The notes beneath the pieces are model-generated. The model was not told the DNA's origin, ran no database searches, and worked only from the letters and a program-made list of their open reading frames with translations. Both the position numbers and the translations under genes were made by a program. A stretch of DNA of 64,000 bases from Deferribacterales bacterium (GTDB lineage: Bacteria > Chrysiogenota > Deferribacteres > Deferribacterales > Geovibrionaceae): NCBI GenBank assembly GCA_050253075.1, contig JBFWJS010000006.1, forward strand, positions 160,001-224,000, in the 5' to 3' direction. The first letter of the stretch is position 1. Every line of letters starts with the position of its first letter. Positions 35,648 to 46,082 of the stretch are shown here, in pieces.

Positions 35648-37690
35648 TTATCTTTTTGCCAGCTTCATTCGGAATAGCTGTTCCATGACCAGCAGTCCGA
35701 ACATCGCAAGACCTACAAGGTACATCCAGTACTTCATGTCATCGCCCAGTCCGAATATAGGCAGCAGAGTGCCCGGACGGAAGAGTACGAATGAAGTAAC
35801 GAGGAATAGCGGTATCTCCCATATCTTGTTCTTTGTGAGGAACCAGCCCTGAACAGCGGCGGTGAATGCGAAAGCAGCCACACACGCCATGACGAATATA
35901 AGCAGGCCGAGCGACCAGCTGTATATCTCGTGCAGGATCAGGTCAGTGTTGAACACAAACATAAACGGGATGATAGCGGTACGCAGGTCGTATGTGAAGC
36001 CCTGAATACCGGTCTTTATCGGTGGTGAATCCGCAATGGCGGCAGCGGCATAGGATGCCAGCCCCACAGGCGGCGTGTCGTCTGCTAGGATTCCGAAGTA
36101 AAAGCAGAAAAGGTGCGCAGCCATAAGAGGTATCACAAAGCCGTATGAAGCACCGAGATTAACGATGATAGGCGCTGTGAGCGAAGCCATAACGATGTAT
36201 GTCGCAGTTGTCGGAAGCCCCATACCGAGCAGGAGCGAGGCGATGGCCGTGATCAGCAGCAGCAGGAAGATGTTCCCCTGTGAGAGGGTCTCCACTATCT
36301 GAGTGATCATACCGCCGATACCCATACCGACCACACCCACGATGATACCTGCGGATGCTGTGGCGAGGGCAACGGAGACCATGTTTCTCGAACCGCCGAT
36401 GAGACCGTTTCCGATGGTTTTGACAGACTGTACAACAGCCTGTTTTATATCTTTCGAGCCGTCGGCTTTGAATGCCTTGCGTATCTCCTGATAAAAGATG
36501 ATAACAGAGAGCATAAGCACAGCGTTGTAAGCGGCCATCTCAGGGGAGTGGCGGACAACAACAAGCTCGTAAACCAGCATTCCGATAGGGATGAGATAAT
36601 GTGCGCCGTTTCGGATAACCTCGAAGAATTTCGGACATTCTTCCTTTGGCAGTCCTTTCATGCCCAGCTTGCAGGCCTCAAGGTGTGTCACATAAAAAAG
36701 TGCAAAATATGAGACAAATGCAGGCACGGCAGCAGCTTTAACAACCTCTATGTAAGGCACATTCACATACTCTGCAATGATGAAAGCGGCAGCACCCATG
36801 ATAGGAGGCATAAGCTGTCCGTCTGTGGAAGCAGCGACCTCGGTAGCAGCAGCTTTCGTAGCAGGATAGCCCACCTTTTTCATAAGCGGTATGGTGAATG
36901 TTCCCGTGGTGACGATGTTTGCGATACTCGAACCGGAGACAAGCCCCGTGAGACCTGATGAAACAATGGCAGCCTTAGCAGGCCCGCCCTTGAAGCGTCC
37001 GAGCAGCGACAACGACATGTCTATGAAAAATTTGCCCGCACCGGCCTTGTCCAGCATGGACCCCAGTAGGACAAACAAATATACAATGGAAGCAGATACC
37101 CCCAGCGGGATACCGTATATACCCTCGGTAGAGAGCGATATCTGGTTAAGATACTTATTAAGTGAAACACCCTTGAATGCCATGAACGAAGGCATGTATG
37201 GACCCATAAATGCATAGGCAGTAAATACCAGAGCTATGATGGTGAGTGCCGGACCGATAGAACGTCTGGTCGCCTCGAGCAGAAGTATAACAGTGGCGAA
37301 ACCGAATATGACGTCTCTTGTGATAGGAAAGCCGGCTCTGATGGCAAGTCCGTCTGCGTCCACAGCGATATAAAGTGCAGCGCAGGCGCCTAATATAGCA
37401 AATAAGTAGTCATTTAAAGGCACTTTGTCCGTAGCAGCAAAATACCTCAGAAACATGGGCGGGCGTTTTACCACAGGGATACTGAGGAACAGTATCGCCA
37501 TAGCAAATGCTAGGTGTATAGCCCTGGTCTTTGTCCCGTCGAGAATAAGAAAGCTGGCTATCGAAAGCTGGAAGACAGCCCAGGCTATCGCCAGTATGGA
37601 TATCAGATAGCTCTCATGCTTTCGTAGGGACCTGACCTCCCCCGTTTCTTCTTTAAGGATCTCCTCGGCAGTTCTCATTTTTCTAGCCAT
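35648..37690 (-). CDS. TRAP transporter fused 4TM/12TM permease (TAXI-associated)
   Basis: GGPAK.A...S, SGSS.AN..TTG.FTIPLM, PP.MGAAAF, GMGLPTTA.Y, LADDTPPV. Confidence 0.93.
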   Translation of the reverse strand: MARKMRTAEEILKEETGEVRSLRKHESYLISILAIAWAVFQLSIASFLILDGTKTRAIHLAFAMAILFLSIPVVKRPPMFLRYFAATDKVPLNDYLFAILGACAALYIAVDADGLAIRAGFPITRDVIFGFATVILLLEATRRSIGPALTIIALVFTAYAFMGPYMPSFMAFKGVSLNKYLNQISLSTEGIYGIPLGVSASIVYLFVLLGSMLDKAGAGKFFIDMSLSLLGRFKGGPAKAAIVSSGLTGLVSGSSIANIVTTGTFTIPLMKKVGYPATKAAATEVAASTDGQLMPPIMGAAAFIIAEYVNVPYIEVVKAAAVPAFVSYFALFYVTHLEACKLGMKGLPKEECPKFFEVIRNGAHYLIPIGMLVYELVVVRHSPEMAAYNAVLMLSVIIFYQEIRKAFKADGSKDIKQAVVQSVKTIGNGLIGGSRNMVSVALATASAGIIVGVVGMGIGGMITQIVETLSQGNIFLLLLITAIASLLLGMGLPTTATYIVMASLTAPIIVNLGASYGFVIPLMAAHLFCFYFGILADDTPPVGLASYAAAAIADSPPIKTGIQGFTYDLRTAIIPFMFVFNTDLILHEIYSWSLGLLIFVMACVAAFAFTAAVQGWFLTKNKIWEIPLFLVTSFVLFRPGTLLPIFGLGDDMKYWMYLVGLAMFGLLVMEQLFRMKLAKR

Positions 37691-37712
37691 GAATTCAACC
37701 CCTTAAAAAAAT

Positions 37713-37746
37713 AAAAAGAGGGCTGTGCCTTTCGACACTGCCCTCT
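37713..37746 (-). terminator. Hairpin/terminator between the TAXI SBP and permease genes
   Basis: AAAAAGAGGGC.GTG...CAC.GCCCTCT. Confidence 0.55.
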
Positions 37747-37766
37747 CGGATAGTTCAGTTAGTTAG

Positions 37767-38795
37767 TTACTGAATGAGTTCTTTCTTGACGTATTGATCA
37801 AGACCAGCTTCTTTGTAGTACTTAAGAGCACCAGGATGGATAGGAGCTGAAAGACCTGCGAGCATGCTCTCTTTTGTGAGAACGGAGTATGCAGGGTGAA
37901 GTTGTTTGAACTCATCAAAGTTTTCGAAAACTTCTTTTGTGATAGCGTAAACTACGTCGTCAGATACATCTGCAGATGTCACGAGTGTAGCCTGAACACC
38001 AACTGACTCTACGTCTGCATCGTTAGCAGCTGTAGGGTAGTTAGAGATAGCGATCACAGATTTAGCATAGTAAGGGAACTTAGCCACGAGCGCATCAGCA
38101 GCAGCACCTGCGATAGGTACTATCTTAACTTTGATACGGCCGGATGTAGCTTCTTTGATGTTACCGTTAGGGTGACCGACTGTGTAGAAGAATGCGTCGA
38201 TTCTTTCATCCTGAAGGAGGCCCGGAGCTTCAACAGCTTTAGCGTACTCAGGTTTGATATCTTCTTCTGTAAGACCTACAGACTCAAGGATGTCCTTAGA
38301 GTTCTGAAGCTGGCCGGAACCAGGGTTACCAACGTTTACGATTTTGCCTTTGAGGTCTTCAACACCGTTGATGCCGCTGGCAGCGGAAGCGATAAGTGTT
38401 ATAGACTCAGGGTAGATAGAGAATACTGAACGAAGTTTGTTCTGAGCTCCTCTGTCAGCCCACTCAGCCTCACCGTTATATGCCTGATACTGTCTGTCTG
38501 ACTGAGCAACGCCGAATTCGAGGTCGCCTGCCAGTACAGCATTGATGTTGTAAACAGAACCGCCTGTTGATTCAACAGTGGCTTTGATACCGTATTCTGC
38601 AGATTTTTTGTTAACAATACGGCTGATAGCACCGCCAGTAGGATAGTAAACGCCTGTAACACCGCCTGTACCGATTGTTACGTAAGTGATGCCGGAAGGC
38701 TTCTTCGCTGATGCTTCTTCTTTAGCCGGTTCACTGTTGCTGCATCCGAAAGATACGAGTGAAACGAGAAGAACCAATAATGCAAGTTTTTTCAT
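37767..38795 (-). CDS. TAXI family TRAP solute-binding lipoprotein
   Basis: Lipobox SFGC; IGTGG.TGVYYP.G, STGGSV.N, G.PGSG, P.HPGA.KYY. Confidence 0.93.
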   Translation of the reverse strand: MKKLALLVLLVSLVSFGCSNSEPAKEEASAKKPSGITYVTIGTGGVTGVYYPTGGAISRIVNKKSAEYGIKATVESTGGSVYNINAVLAGDLEFGVAQSDRQYQAYNGEAEWADRGAQNKLRSVFSIYPESITLIASAASGINGVEDLKGKIVNVGNPGSGQLQNSKDILESVGLTEEDIKPEYAKAVEAPGLLQDERIDAFFYTVGHPNGNIKEATSGRIKVKIVPIAGAAADALVAKFPYYAKSVIAISNYPTAANDADVESVGVQATLVTSADVSDDVVYAITKEVFENFDEFKQLHPAYSVLTKESMLAGLSAPIHPGALKYYKEAGLDQYVKKELIQ

Positions 38796-38960
38796 TATTT
38801 CCTCCTAAAAAATAATAGACATTAAATTAAACCAAACACTTATAGTAGTGTCAATGTTAATTGAGACTGACACCGTCACAAACACTTGAGACAGCCAAGC
38901 CCTTTTAACACATTCTTAATTATATTTCATAAAATGTTATTATCAAAGTGTTTTTATGCC

Positions 38961-40301
38961 CTAATCCTCAACATATCTGGCTACGCCCGTACGGTATGCA
39001 GTTGTTTCCACATCTTTTTCAACTGCGGCATGTACATTTTTATCCAGTATGTTCGGCACAAGGTCGCCGTCGAGGGCGAAAGAGGCAATAGCCTTTGCCG
39101 CTGCGATCTTCATCTGGTTGTTGATGGTGGTCGCATGGGCATTGAGTGCACCTTTGAAAAGTCCGGGGAATGCGAGGGCGTTGTTAACAGACTTTCCGTC
39201 TGCTGCGAATATCGCTCCGTGCTCCACGGCTACTTCAGGGTCTATCTCAGGGTTCGGGTTTGAAAGCGCAAGTATCACATGCCCCTGCTGTATCATATCC
39301 GGAGTGATGAGGTCAGGACAGCCTGTGGTGGCGATAACTATCTTAGAGCTCTCTACTACTCCACGCAGATCCTTAGCATTTCCGCCGAGTTTCTTAAATC
39401 TCTCAACGGCAGCCTGGTCAAGGTCTACACCGTTGAACTCTGTTATTCCGTATGATTTAAGGAGCTTCATGATTCCCGTACCTGCAGCACCGAGACCGAT
39501 GATCCCCACTGAGGATTCCTTCAGGTTTATGAATGTGTACTTCGCTATATTGAGAAGAGCGGCGAGCACCACGACTGCCGTTCCGTGCTGATCGTCATGA
39601 AGGACGGGGATGTCGAGCATCCTGTCCAGAGTGTCTTCTATCTCAAAGCATTCAGGCGCTTTGATATCTTCGAGCTTTATCGCTCCGAATGTCGGCGCAA
39701 TGTTTTTTACGGTGTCGATGATGTCTTTCGGATTGTGGGATTCTATAAGTATCGGGATACCGTTTATGCCCGAAAGCATTTTGAAAAGAAGAGATTTACC
39801 CTCCATTACAGGCATACCGGCAACGGCACCTATATCGCCGAGGCCCAGTATCGCAGTACCGTTTGTAACTATCGCAACGTTGTTTTTGATAGATGTGTAT
39901 TTATTTGCCAGCTCAGGGTTTTCATTTATCTTTTTACAGATGTTTGCAACGCCCGGAGTATATATCAGTTTAAGGTCGTCGAGGGAGTTAACCTCCACCG
40001 TCGGCACCATCTCAACCTTTCCGCCGAGGTGTGCTTCTTCAACGATGTCTATCATGCCGATGAGCTCTGCGCCTTCGTCATCTTTAATAGACTGAAGGAT
40101 AGCTTTCAGGTTTTCTTCCTCGTCGGCATAGATGTCGATGTCTCTTATCTTATAGCCTTTACCGAGGTGGACAGTCTTCAGCTCGCCTATCATCCCGCCG
40201 TTCTGACCTATCAGAGAGGTCACCTTGCCGAGATATCCCGGTTTGTCAACTATCTTTATTCTAAGTTTCTTGATTACTTTATTGGAATATTCAATCCTCA
40301 T
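38961..40301 (-). CDS. NAD(P)-dependent malic enzyme with N-terminal ACT domain
   Basis: DKPG.LG (ACT), YTPGVA, AILGLGDIG, PVMEGK, LEDI.AP.CF, HDDQHGTA, NNAL.FPG.F.GAL. Confidence 0.93.
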   Translation of the reverse strand: MRIEYSNKVIKKLRIKIVDKPGYLGKVTSLIGQNGGMIGELKTVHLGKGYKIRDIDIYADEEENLKAILQSIKDDEGAELIGMIDIVEEAHLGGKVEMVPTVEVNSLDDLKLIYTPGVANICKKINENPELANKYTSIKNNVAIVTNGTAILGLGDIGAVAGMPVMEGKSLLFKMLSGINGIPILIESHNPKDIIDTVKNIAPTFGAIKLEDIKAPECFEIEDTLDRMLDIPVLHDDQHGTAVVVLAALLNIAKYTFINLKESSVGIIGLGAAGTGIMKLLKSYGITEFNGVDLDQAAVERFKKLGGNAKDLRGVVESSKIVIATTGCPDLITPDMIQQGHVILALSNPNPEIDPEVAVEHGAIFAADGKSVNNALAFPGLFKGALNAHATTINNQMKIAAAKAIASFALDGDLVPNILDKNVHAAVEKDVETTAYRTGVARYVED

Positions 40302-40497
40302 TTTCCTCTCCCTCTTCTACATTAAGGAACTGTTCCCATGTGAGCGGTTCGTAATAATTACATGATCTTTTAGGGGTTTTAACATATCGGCCCATGGCCG
40401 CACACTTCAGGCTGAAAGTATTCTTCATCTCAGCGATCAAAAGGCGTCTGAAATGAACACACCCTCCGCATAAAGATTCTTCTATATTAATTCCCAT
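40291..40497 (-). CDS. Small Cys-rich hypothetical protein
   Basis: CGGC...C...C..Y; SD GAGGT before ATG 40497; overlaps the malic enzyme start. Confidence 0.55.
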   Translation of the reverse strand: MGINIEESLCGGCVHFRRLLIAEMKNTFSLKCAAMGRYVKTPKRSCNYYEPLTWEQFLNVEEGEENED

Positions 40498-40558
40498 AAA
40501 GAAATATACCTCTGCACCAAACAAATGTCCATAATATTAATAAGACCAAAATGGTATT

Positions 40559-41812
40559 TTATAGATTTTTATATACGTCCTGCTGATCAGCAAGCCAGTT
40601 AAGCCCCAGAAATTTGATCTCTGAGATATCCTGCTCTGTCAGCTTAAGATCATTCAGCAGTGACGGACTGACGGTTTTATTAATGTCGTCAGATGCTTCC
40701 AGCAGTCCCAGCAGAATGCCCAGCTCGTTATCTTTATACAAAAGAGCGTCGGATATCTTCTGATTCACGCCTATGGTCTGCAGCAGCTCTTCTTTGGTAA
40801 CGCCGAGGATAACATCCAGATGAGACAAAAGCCCGATGAAGAAAGCATCGACCTGTCCCTTATAGTTTTCCCCGTATACCCTCTTTGAAAGCAGCTCCAT
40901 GACATGGGCTTTCAGCATGGCAGTCTCCAGCAGTGTAGACTTTGCAGCATCTCCGGATTTCCCGGCATAGAGCATGATAGTCAGCCATTTCCTCATGGCA
41001 TCTCTGCCTATGAGGTTCAGCGCATGCTTAATGCTGCTTATCTCATTTCTGAGACAGAACGAACAAGTGTTGATGAGCTTAAGGAGCTTTATGGTCAGCT
41101 CAGGCTGAAGCCTGAATTCCCTCTCGATAACCTCTATCTCCGCCTGCTGAGACAGCTTGGCCAGAATGCTGAGTATGGAAGCCTTCGACGGCTCAATACT
41201 CTTCTTTTCTATTACGGCAGGCTTTTCAAAGAAAAATCCCTGAAAAAGCTCGAATCCTGCGTCTCTGGAGTAAATAAAGTCTTCTCTGGTCTCTACCTTT
41301 TCCGCCAATAGTTTCATATGGCGCCCGCGAAAAATCTTTTGAACCCTGTCCATCTTGGCTTGGCAGTTTTCCTTCATGTCCACCTTTATATACTCCGTAA
41401 AAGGGAATAAAGGCATGAACATGCTGAAATATTCTGCATTCAGGACAAAGTCGTCAAGAGCAAATGTGTAGCCGTCGTGAAAGTAGGATTCCACCCTTTG
41501 TATCACCTCCGGTGTTACATTTGTGGTTTCCACTATCTCCAGCACTAAGTTATCCTTAGGCAGCACATCAAGTACGTCCTGCATAATGATATTGTCATCT
41601 ATATTTATGAAAGCTTTTCTGTCAGATGTAAGAGACTTCACCCCGAAGTTCTGAAAGATGTTCACTAATACTCTGGATGTAGCCGTGACCGGGTCTAAAA
41701 ACTCTGCCCTCTCGTCTGTGCCCGCTTTTCGAAAAAGGAATTCATATGCGAATACGGATTCGTCTCTGGCAAAGATCGGTTGGCGGCCCACAAGAAAATT
41801 ATCAAATTTCAT
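40559..41812 (-). CDS. EAL + HDOD domain protein (YuxH/PdeH/CdgJ-like c-di-GMP phosphodiesterase)
   Basis: RQPI, YEFLFR, FIN, LEI.E, ALDDF, IKVD, AEKVET, FQGFFF; HDOD (L..KLL..IN, SI.HA...IG). Confidence 0.9.
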   Translation of the reverse strand: MKFDNFLVGRQPIFARDESVFAYEFLFRKAGTDERAEFLDPVTATSRVLVNIFQNFGVKSLTSDRKAFINIDDNIIMQDVLDVLPKDNLVLEIVETTNVTPEVIQRVESYFHDGYTFALDDFVLNAEYFSMFMPLFPFTEYIKVDMKENCQAKMDRVQKIFRGRHMKLLAEKVETREDFIYSRDAGFELFQGFFFEKPAVIEKKSIEPSKASILSILAKLSQQAEIEVIEREFRLQPELTIKLLKLINTCSFCLRNEISSIKHALNLIGRDAMRKWLTIMLYAGKSGDAAKSTLLETAMLKAHVMELLSKRVYGENYKGQVDAFFIGLLSHLDVILGVTKEELLQTIGVNQKISDALLYKDNELGILLGLLEASDDINKTVSPSLLNDLKLTEQDISEIKFLGLNWLADQQDVYKNL

Positions 41813-41931
41813 ATTACAAACCTATACATCCGATTTTTGTTGTATAGTTCAATATAACATCATAAGTTTACAAAATCATCCCTAAACATAATTATTTTAC
41901 TGACGATTCTAGTAAAAGTGAGGAGAGTGAT

Positions 41932-42510
41932 ATGGGATTAGCACAATATTTGTACGCCGCCAGAAAGCTGAATAACATCGGAAGATGGGCAAGCGAGTTT
42001 ATGCATATCCGCTCCTCCGTGTCTGAGCACTCCTTTTTTGTCACTCAGATAGCACAGATGCTCGGAGTTATCGAAGAGGAAAAGGGACGAAACATCGACT
42101 GGGAAAGGCTTTATAAAAAAGCCCTGAATCATGATGTCGTCGAAGCCTTCACAGGGGATATCCTCAGCAATGTGAAGAACATGACACCGAAGATCAAGCA
42201 CGCAGTGGACGACGTGGAAAACATGATCGCCGAAGAACTGCTTTTTTCAAAAATCGAATCACCTTATAAAGAAATATACAGGGACATGATATTCGACGGT
42301 AAGGACGAATCCATCGAAGGTCAGATCCTGCGTTATGCAGACAATATCGACGCCATGCTCGAATGCCTTACAGAAGCGAAGCTGGGCAACAATGCACCCT
42401 TTAAAAAGAAATACGAAGAAATAAAAGTGAAGCTGCAGAAAGTCGAACTCCAGAGTGTGAAATATTTCATAACAGAAATTTTGCCTGAGTATGAGACTCT
42501 TCTGGACTAA
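41932..42510 (+). CDS. HD-domain hydrolase (YfbR-like 5'-deoxynucleotidase)
   Basis: RW, SV.EHS, NHD..E..TGD, AD..D. Confidence 0.85.
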   Translation: MGLAQYLYAARKLNNIGRWASEFMHIRSSVSEHSFFVTQIAQMLGVIEEEKGRNIDWERLYKKALNHDVVEAFTGDILSNVKNMTPKIKHAVDDVENMIAEELLFSKIESPYKEIYRDMIFDGKDESIEGQILRYADNIDAMLECLTEAKLGNNAPFKKKYEEIKVKLQKVELQSVKYFITEILPEYETLLD

Positions 42511-42642
42511 GCACTGTCATAAAAGAATAATTCAAATATTCAACCAATATAAAACTTCCCGTTAAACCTTACATTAAATAGACATTAGTGCAATACAGGA
42601 GTAAACTGTAATTAGGTATGAAATAAATGGAGGGTAGACGTC

Positions 42643-43335
42643 ATGGCACATGCTTTAGAAAAACGCCAGTTTAAGAGCTGTCCAGCGAGAGGTTTCGTCT
42701 ATGTATGGGAAGGACCTGTAAGGATTTCCCACTGGGTAACTGTTGTCAGTATCATAACTCTGATAATAACAGGTCTGTATATCCACTACCCGTTTGTGCA
42801 GCATAATCCCGTGGATTACCCTTATATGATGGGCTCTGCCAGATATATTCACTATATCACAGGGATGGTCTTTACATCCAGCGTACTGGTACGCCTGATA
42901 TGGGCTTTCCTCGGCAATAAATACGCCCACATAAGGACATTCTATAATCCGTTCAATAAAGAAGACAGGAAATACATCGTATCCTACCTTAAGTATTACT
43001 GCTTTCTGGAGAAAAAGCCGAAACACGTTCTGACCCATAACCCTATGGCTCAGTATGCATACATCGGTATCTTTATGGTATTCTTCTTCCAGATATTCAG
43101 CGGATTCGCTCTCTGGTCTCAGATAGACCCGAACAGCACCTTCTACGCATTCTTCGGAAGTATATTCAGCGTAGTGGCAAACCAATGGGTAAGATACATG
43201 CACTTCTTCGTTGTATTTGTGATAGCCGTGTTCCTCATGGCTCACCTGTACGCTGCAGTACTGGTTGACTTCCGCACACACGCAGGGGATATAAGCTCTA
43301 TATTCTCAGGCTGGAAAGCAGACATCGAAGACTAG
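42643..43335 (+). CDS. cybH: Ni/Fe-hydrogenase b-type cytochrome subunit
   Basis: YVWE.PVR..HW, R.IH, HNP.AQ..Y, RYMH, AHLY, ISSIFSG.K. Confidence 0.9.
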   Translation: MAHALEKRQFKSCPARGFVYVWEGPVRISHWVTVVSIITLIITGLYIHYPFVQHNPVDYPYMMGSARYIHYITGMVFTSSVLVRLIWAFLGNKYAHIRTFYNPFNKEDRKYIVSYLKYYCFLEKKPKHVLTHNPMAQYAYIGIFMVFFFQIFSGFALWSQIDPNSTFYAFFGSIFSVVANQWVRYMHFFVVFVIAVFLMAHLYAAVLVDFRTHAGDISSIFSGWKADIED

Positions 43336-43360
43336 GAAAAGACTGAAAAATGGACAAAAT

Positions 43361-43387
43361 AAAAGCCCGCTTCTGCGGGCTTTTTTT
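43361..43387. terminator. Bidirectional terminator
   Basis: AAAAGCCCGC-TTCT-GCGGGCTTTTTTT between convergent genes. Confidence 0.8.
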
Positions 43388-43691
43388 ATTTCTCTATATC
43401 AAAGATCATATCCAGCTTCATAAGGGACAGAACTTTTAAGATCCTGTCCGGCACATTGATGAGCTTCATCTTGCCGTCGTATTCTTTAAGGTTTTTCAAA
43501 CCCTCCAGAAGTGTCGCAAGACCGGAAGAGTCGATGTATGTGACCTGTTCAAGGTCAACCACGATATTCATAACTTTCTTTTTCGTAAGGTCGTTCAGCA
43601 TGGAACGAAGTTCCGCAGAGGTAAGAATATCTATCTTCCCGTGCGGTCTGATTGTTTTTCCTTCGGCGATATCGTCTATTATTATCTTCAT
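43386..43691 (-). CDS. STAS domain anti-sigma factor antagonist
   Basis: G.ID, IVVDLEQV.YIDSSGLA.L. Confidence 0.92.
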   Translation of the reverse strand: MKIIIDDIAEGKTIRPHGKIDILTSAELRSMLNDLTKKKVMNIVVDLEQVTYIDSSGLATLLEGLKNLKEYDGKMKLINVPDRILKVLSLMKLDMIFDIEK

Positions 43692-43795
43692 ACTATACCC
43701 TTCTCACTAATGTGATACTTGAAATACTTAACCTATAATAATGGACTTAGACACTAAAAAGCAAGTTTAATTGTATAATAATCACAAAAGAATAT

Positions 43796-44425
43796 CTACT
43801 TTTGGAGAACCATCCACACGTAATAATCACCTGATTTTTCGTCTATCCATTCGTCCTGTACCTTAAAGCCTGTGAGGTACTGATCTACCTGTTCTTTGGT
43901 GAGCGATGTTACCTTAAGCCTGTATTCCTGAACAGTAGCACTGTCCACACCGAGGCTCTCGACATTCACTTCGGATTTCACCAGCACTTCTATCTGCTTG
44001 GCGAGGTTCTTCTGTGCCTGCATCTTTGCCACACGTTTCTGAGCGGTAAAGCTCTTCTGCTTCGGGGCTATACCCACGGCACCGACATATCCGTCATACA
44101 CGGGTGTGTAGAACCACTCGGGGAAACCGCCCTCTCTCACTGGGTATTTAGCCTGTGGTTTCAGCGAGCTGAGCTTCGACGGCTGAGTTTTCTCAGGCAT
44201 TACTGCCTTTGGTTTTTCCTCCGGTTTCGGCTGAGGTTTCGCCTCAAGTTCTTTGGCGAAATCAAGGCTAGGCGTTCCCGCCTGTATATCACTCTCCATC
44301 TCGGCCTGAGCTGCTGCGGCTTTCGCCTGCTGAGCTTTTGCGTTGTCCTGTTTGACTGCTGTTTTTGTTGTCATACAGCCGGCCGCCACTGCCAGCATGA
44401 GTGTAAAAAGCAATAACCTTTTCAT
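43796..44425 (-). CDS. LPP20-like lipoprotein
   Basis: Lipobox AAGC; PEWF..P, AVG.A, A...A...LA.QI.V.V.S. Confidence 0.7.
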   Translation of the reverse strand: MKRLLLFTLMLAVAAGCMTTKTAVKQDNAKAQQAKAAAAQAEMESDIQAGTPSLDFAKELEAKPQPKPEEKPKAVMPEKTQPSKLSSLKPQAKYPVREGGFPEWFYTPVYDGYVGAVGIAPKQKSFTAQKRVAKMQAQKNLAKQIEVLVKSEVNVESLGVDSATVQEYRLKVTSLTKEQVDQYLTGFKVQDEWIDEKSGDYYVWMVLQK

Positions 44426-44437
44426 GTCTGTCTCCCC

Positions 44438-45619
44438 TTAATAGTCTTTCATCTTGGTTGATACGTTTACGATATACTTCCTCGCCTCTTCGTATCTGAG
44501 GTTGAATTTCAGATGTTCATAAACCTTTTTCGGGCTCATGTTGTTTATCACGGGGACAGCCTTTGCTATGCTGTATTTCCCGCCGTTATTCTTATTAAAA
44601 GCGTATGAGACGTTCCCTGCGCCGGTGTTATATGCCGCTATGGCACAGTAAAGCCTGCTCTCAGGGTTTGTAACGTTTTTGAAATATCGGTAGTAGAGGA
44701 TGTGCAGATAAGCAGTGCCGACCTTTACGTTGTTTTCAGAGTTATAGAGGTATGAAGGGGCGAGCACCCTCTTCTTCCCTTCGAGAAACTCGATGGCGTC
44801 TATACCCGCTGATTTCGGCACTATCTGCATAAGCCCGTAAGCAGGCACGTGTGACTTCGCAAGCGGGTTAAACCTGCTTTCGTTATATATCACAGACATC
44901 ACAAGTGAAGGATCGATCTTAAACTCTGATGCGAAATCAGATACATAAGGCTTAACCTTTGAAGCTGCTTTCTGATACGTATCTGAGGGCAGGTTTATCA
45001 CTGCCGTGGCGACATGTTGTCCTGTCTTGTCGCTGATGCCTGTAGACATCTGCGAACTTGATATCAGTTTAGACGAAAGCTCGTCGAGTTCTTTGTCTGT
45101 CAGCTTCTTTTTATCTGTGAACAGGTCTGTGATGACAGGGTCGTCTGTTATCTTATCAGTCTTTACGTCGGGCACTTCCTCACGCAGTTTATTTTCCGTG
45201 TTAAAGGCGACGGGGTCTCTGCGGAAGGCATTCCCCTTATCCTCGTTCAAAAGATCCTTTAAAACGGGTTTTATGTCGTTCGGTGTCCCGCCGATGATAT
45301 CTATCTGTATTTTCTTAGTATCAAAGTCGACAATCTTCCTCACCTGATATCCGTTCAGGTATTCCACCCATTTGGTATTATCCGAGACCTCCACTGTGTC
45401 CCAGTATTTTTCTATCTCTTTCTTATAAGCGGCGAACTCTTCGTCGATGATCCTCTTATAGGTTTCGAATTCCGTCATAGTCTCTTCCTTAAAGGAGTCG
45501 AACTCTGATTTGGAACTTTCAAAACCGCCGATGGACTGACTTTTAAAGTCTTCGAAGCTGTCTGCTGCAAATGCCGATGAGCAAACCAAAAGGCCGAGTA
45601 TTACAAAGAAGATTCTCAT
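44438..45619 (-). CDS. MltC-like lytic murein transglycosylase (DUF3393 + SLT)
   Basis: WVEY.......VDF; ES.FNP.A.S..PAYGLMQIVP..AG.D, GTAYL, AYN.G. Confidence 0.88.
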   Translation of the reverse strand: MRIFFVILGLLVCSSAFAADSFEDFKSQSIGGFESSKSEFDSFKEETMTEFETYKRIIDEEFAAYKKEIEKYWDTVEVSDNTKWVEYLNGYQVRKIVDFDTKKIQIDIIGGTPNDIKPVLKDLLNEDKGNAFRRDPVAFNTENKLREEVPDVKTDKITDDPVITDLFTDKKKLTDKELDELSSKLISSSQMSTGISDKTGQHVATAVINLPSDTYQKAASKVKPYVSDFASEFKIDPSLVMSVIYNESRFNPLAKSHVPAYGLMQIVPKSAGIDAIEFLEGKKRVLAPSYLYNSENNVKVGTAYLHILYYRYFKNVTNPESRLYCAIAAYNTGAGNVSYAFNKNNGGKYSIAKAVPVINNMSPKKVYEHLKFNLRYEEARKYIVNVSTKMKDY

Positions 45620-46017
45620 TCACTTACCATCCATATATATAATTCTTTAGTATAGGGGTCTTCCCACATTTCTGCTATGCGCGCATTGACTGTTTTACCC
45701 GATGCCGTAAAGAATGATGCAGACTGTCCGCTGACGGAAGAGCTGCCTGCGGATGTGTTTGAATGTATGCTGGAAAAGCTGTCCACTTTAACACCCATCT
45801 GTCTGGCTATCTCCGCCAGAGCTCTTTCCACTGCGAGCTGTTTCTGCCCTGTCTTTCCGTCTTTATGTATGCCGGAAACACCGACACCGCCTACTTTACC
45901 GCCTGCTGACGGTGTGAAATACCATTCGGGCTTACCGTCTATCAGCTTTGGTCCGCCCCCCGTACCGGCACACCCGAGCATGCCCGCACATAATAGAAAT
46001 ATAAGAAATCTTTTCAT
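45616..46017 (-). CDS. LPP20-like lipoprotein
   Basis: Lipobox MLGC; PEW, A..RAL.EIA.Q.GV.V.S, ELY.W. Confidence 0.7.
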   Translation of the reverse strand: MKRFLIFLLCAGMLGCAGTGGGPKLIDGKPEWYFTPSAGGKVGGVGVSGIHKDGKTGQKQLAVERALAEIARQMGVKVDSFSSIHSNTSAGSSSVSGQSASFFTASGKTVNARIAEMWEDPYTKELYIWMVSE

Positions 46018-46031
46018 ATAAATTACCCTAT

Positions 46032-46062
46032 AAAAAAAGGGCAGCCAGCAAGACTGCCCCTT
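46032..46062 (-). terminator. Intra-operon terminator after the first LPP20 gene
   Basis: AAAAAAAGGGCAG...CTGCCCC. Confidence 0.6.
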
Positions 46063-46082
46063 CTTATATAAATGCTTGTATC

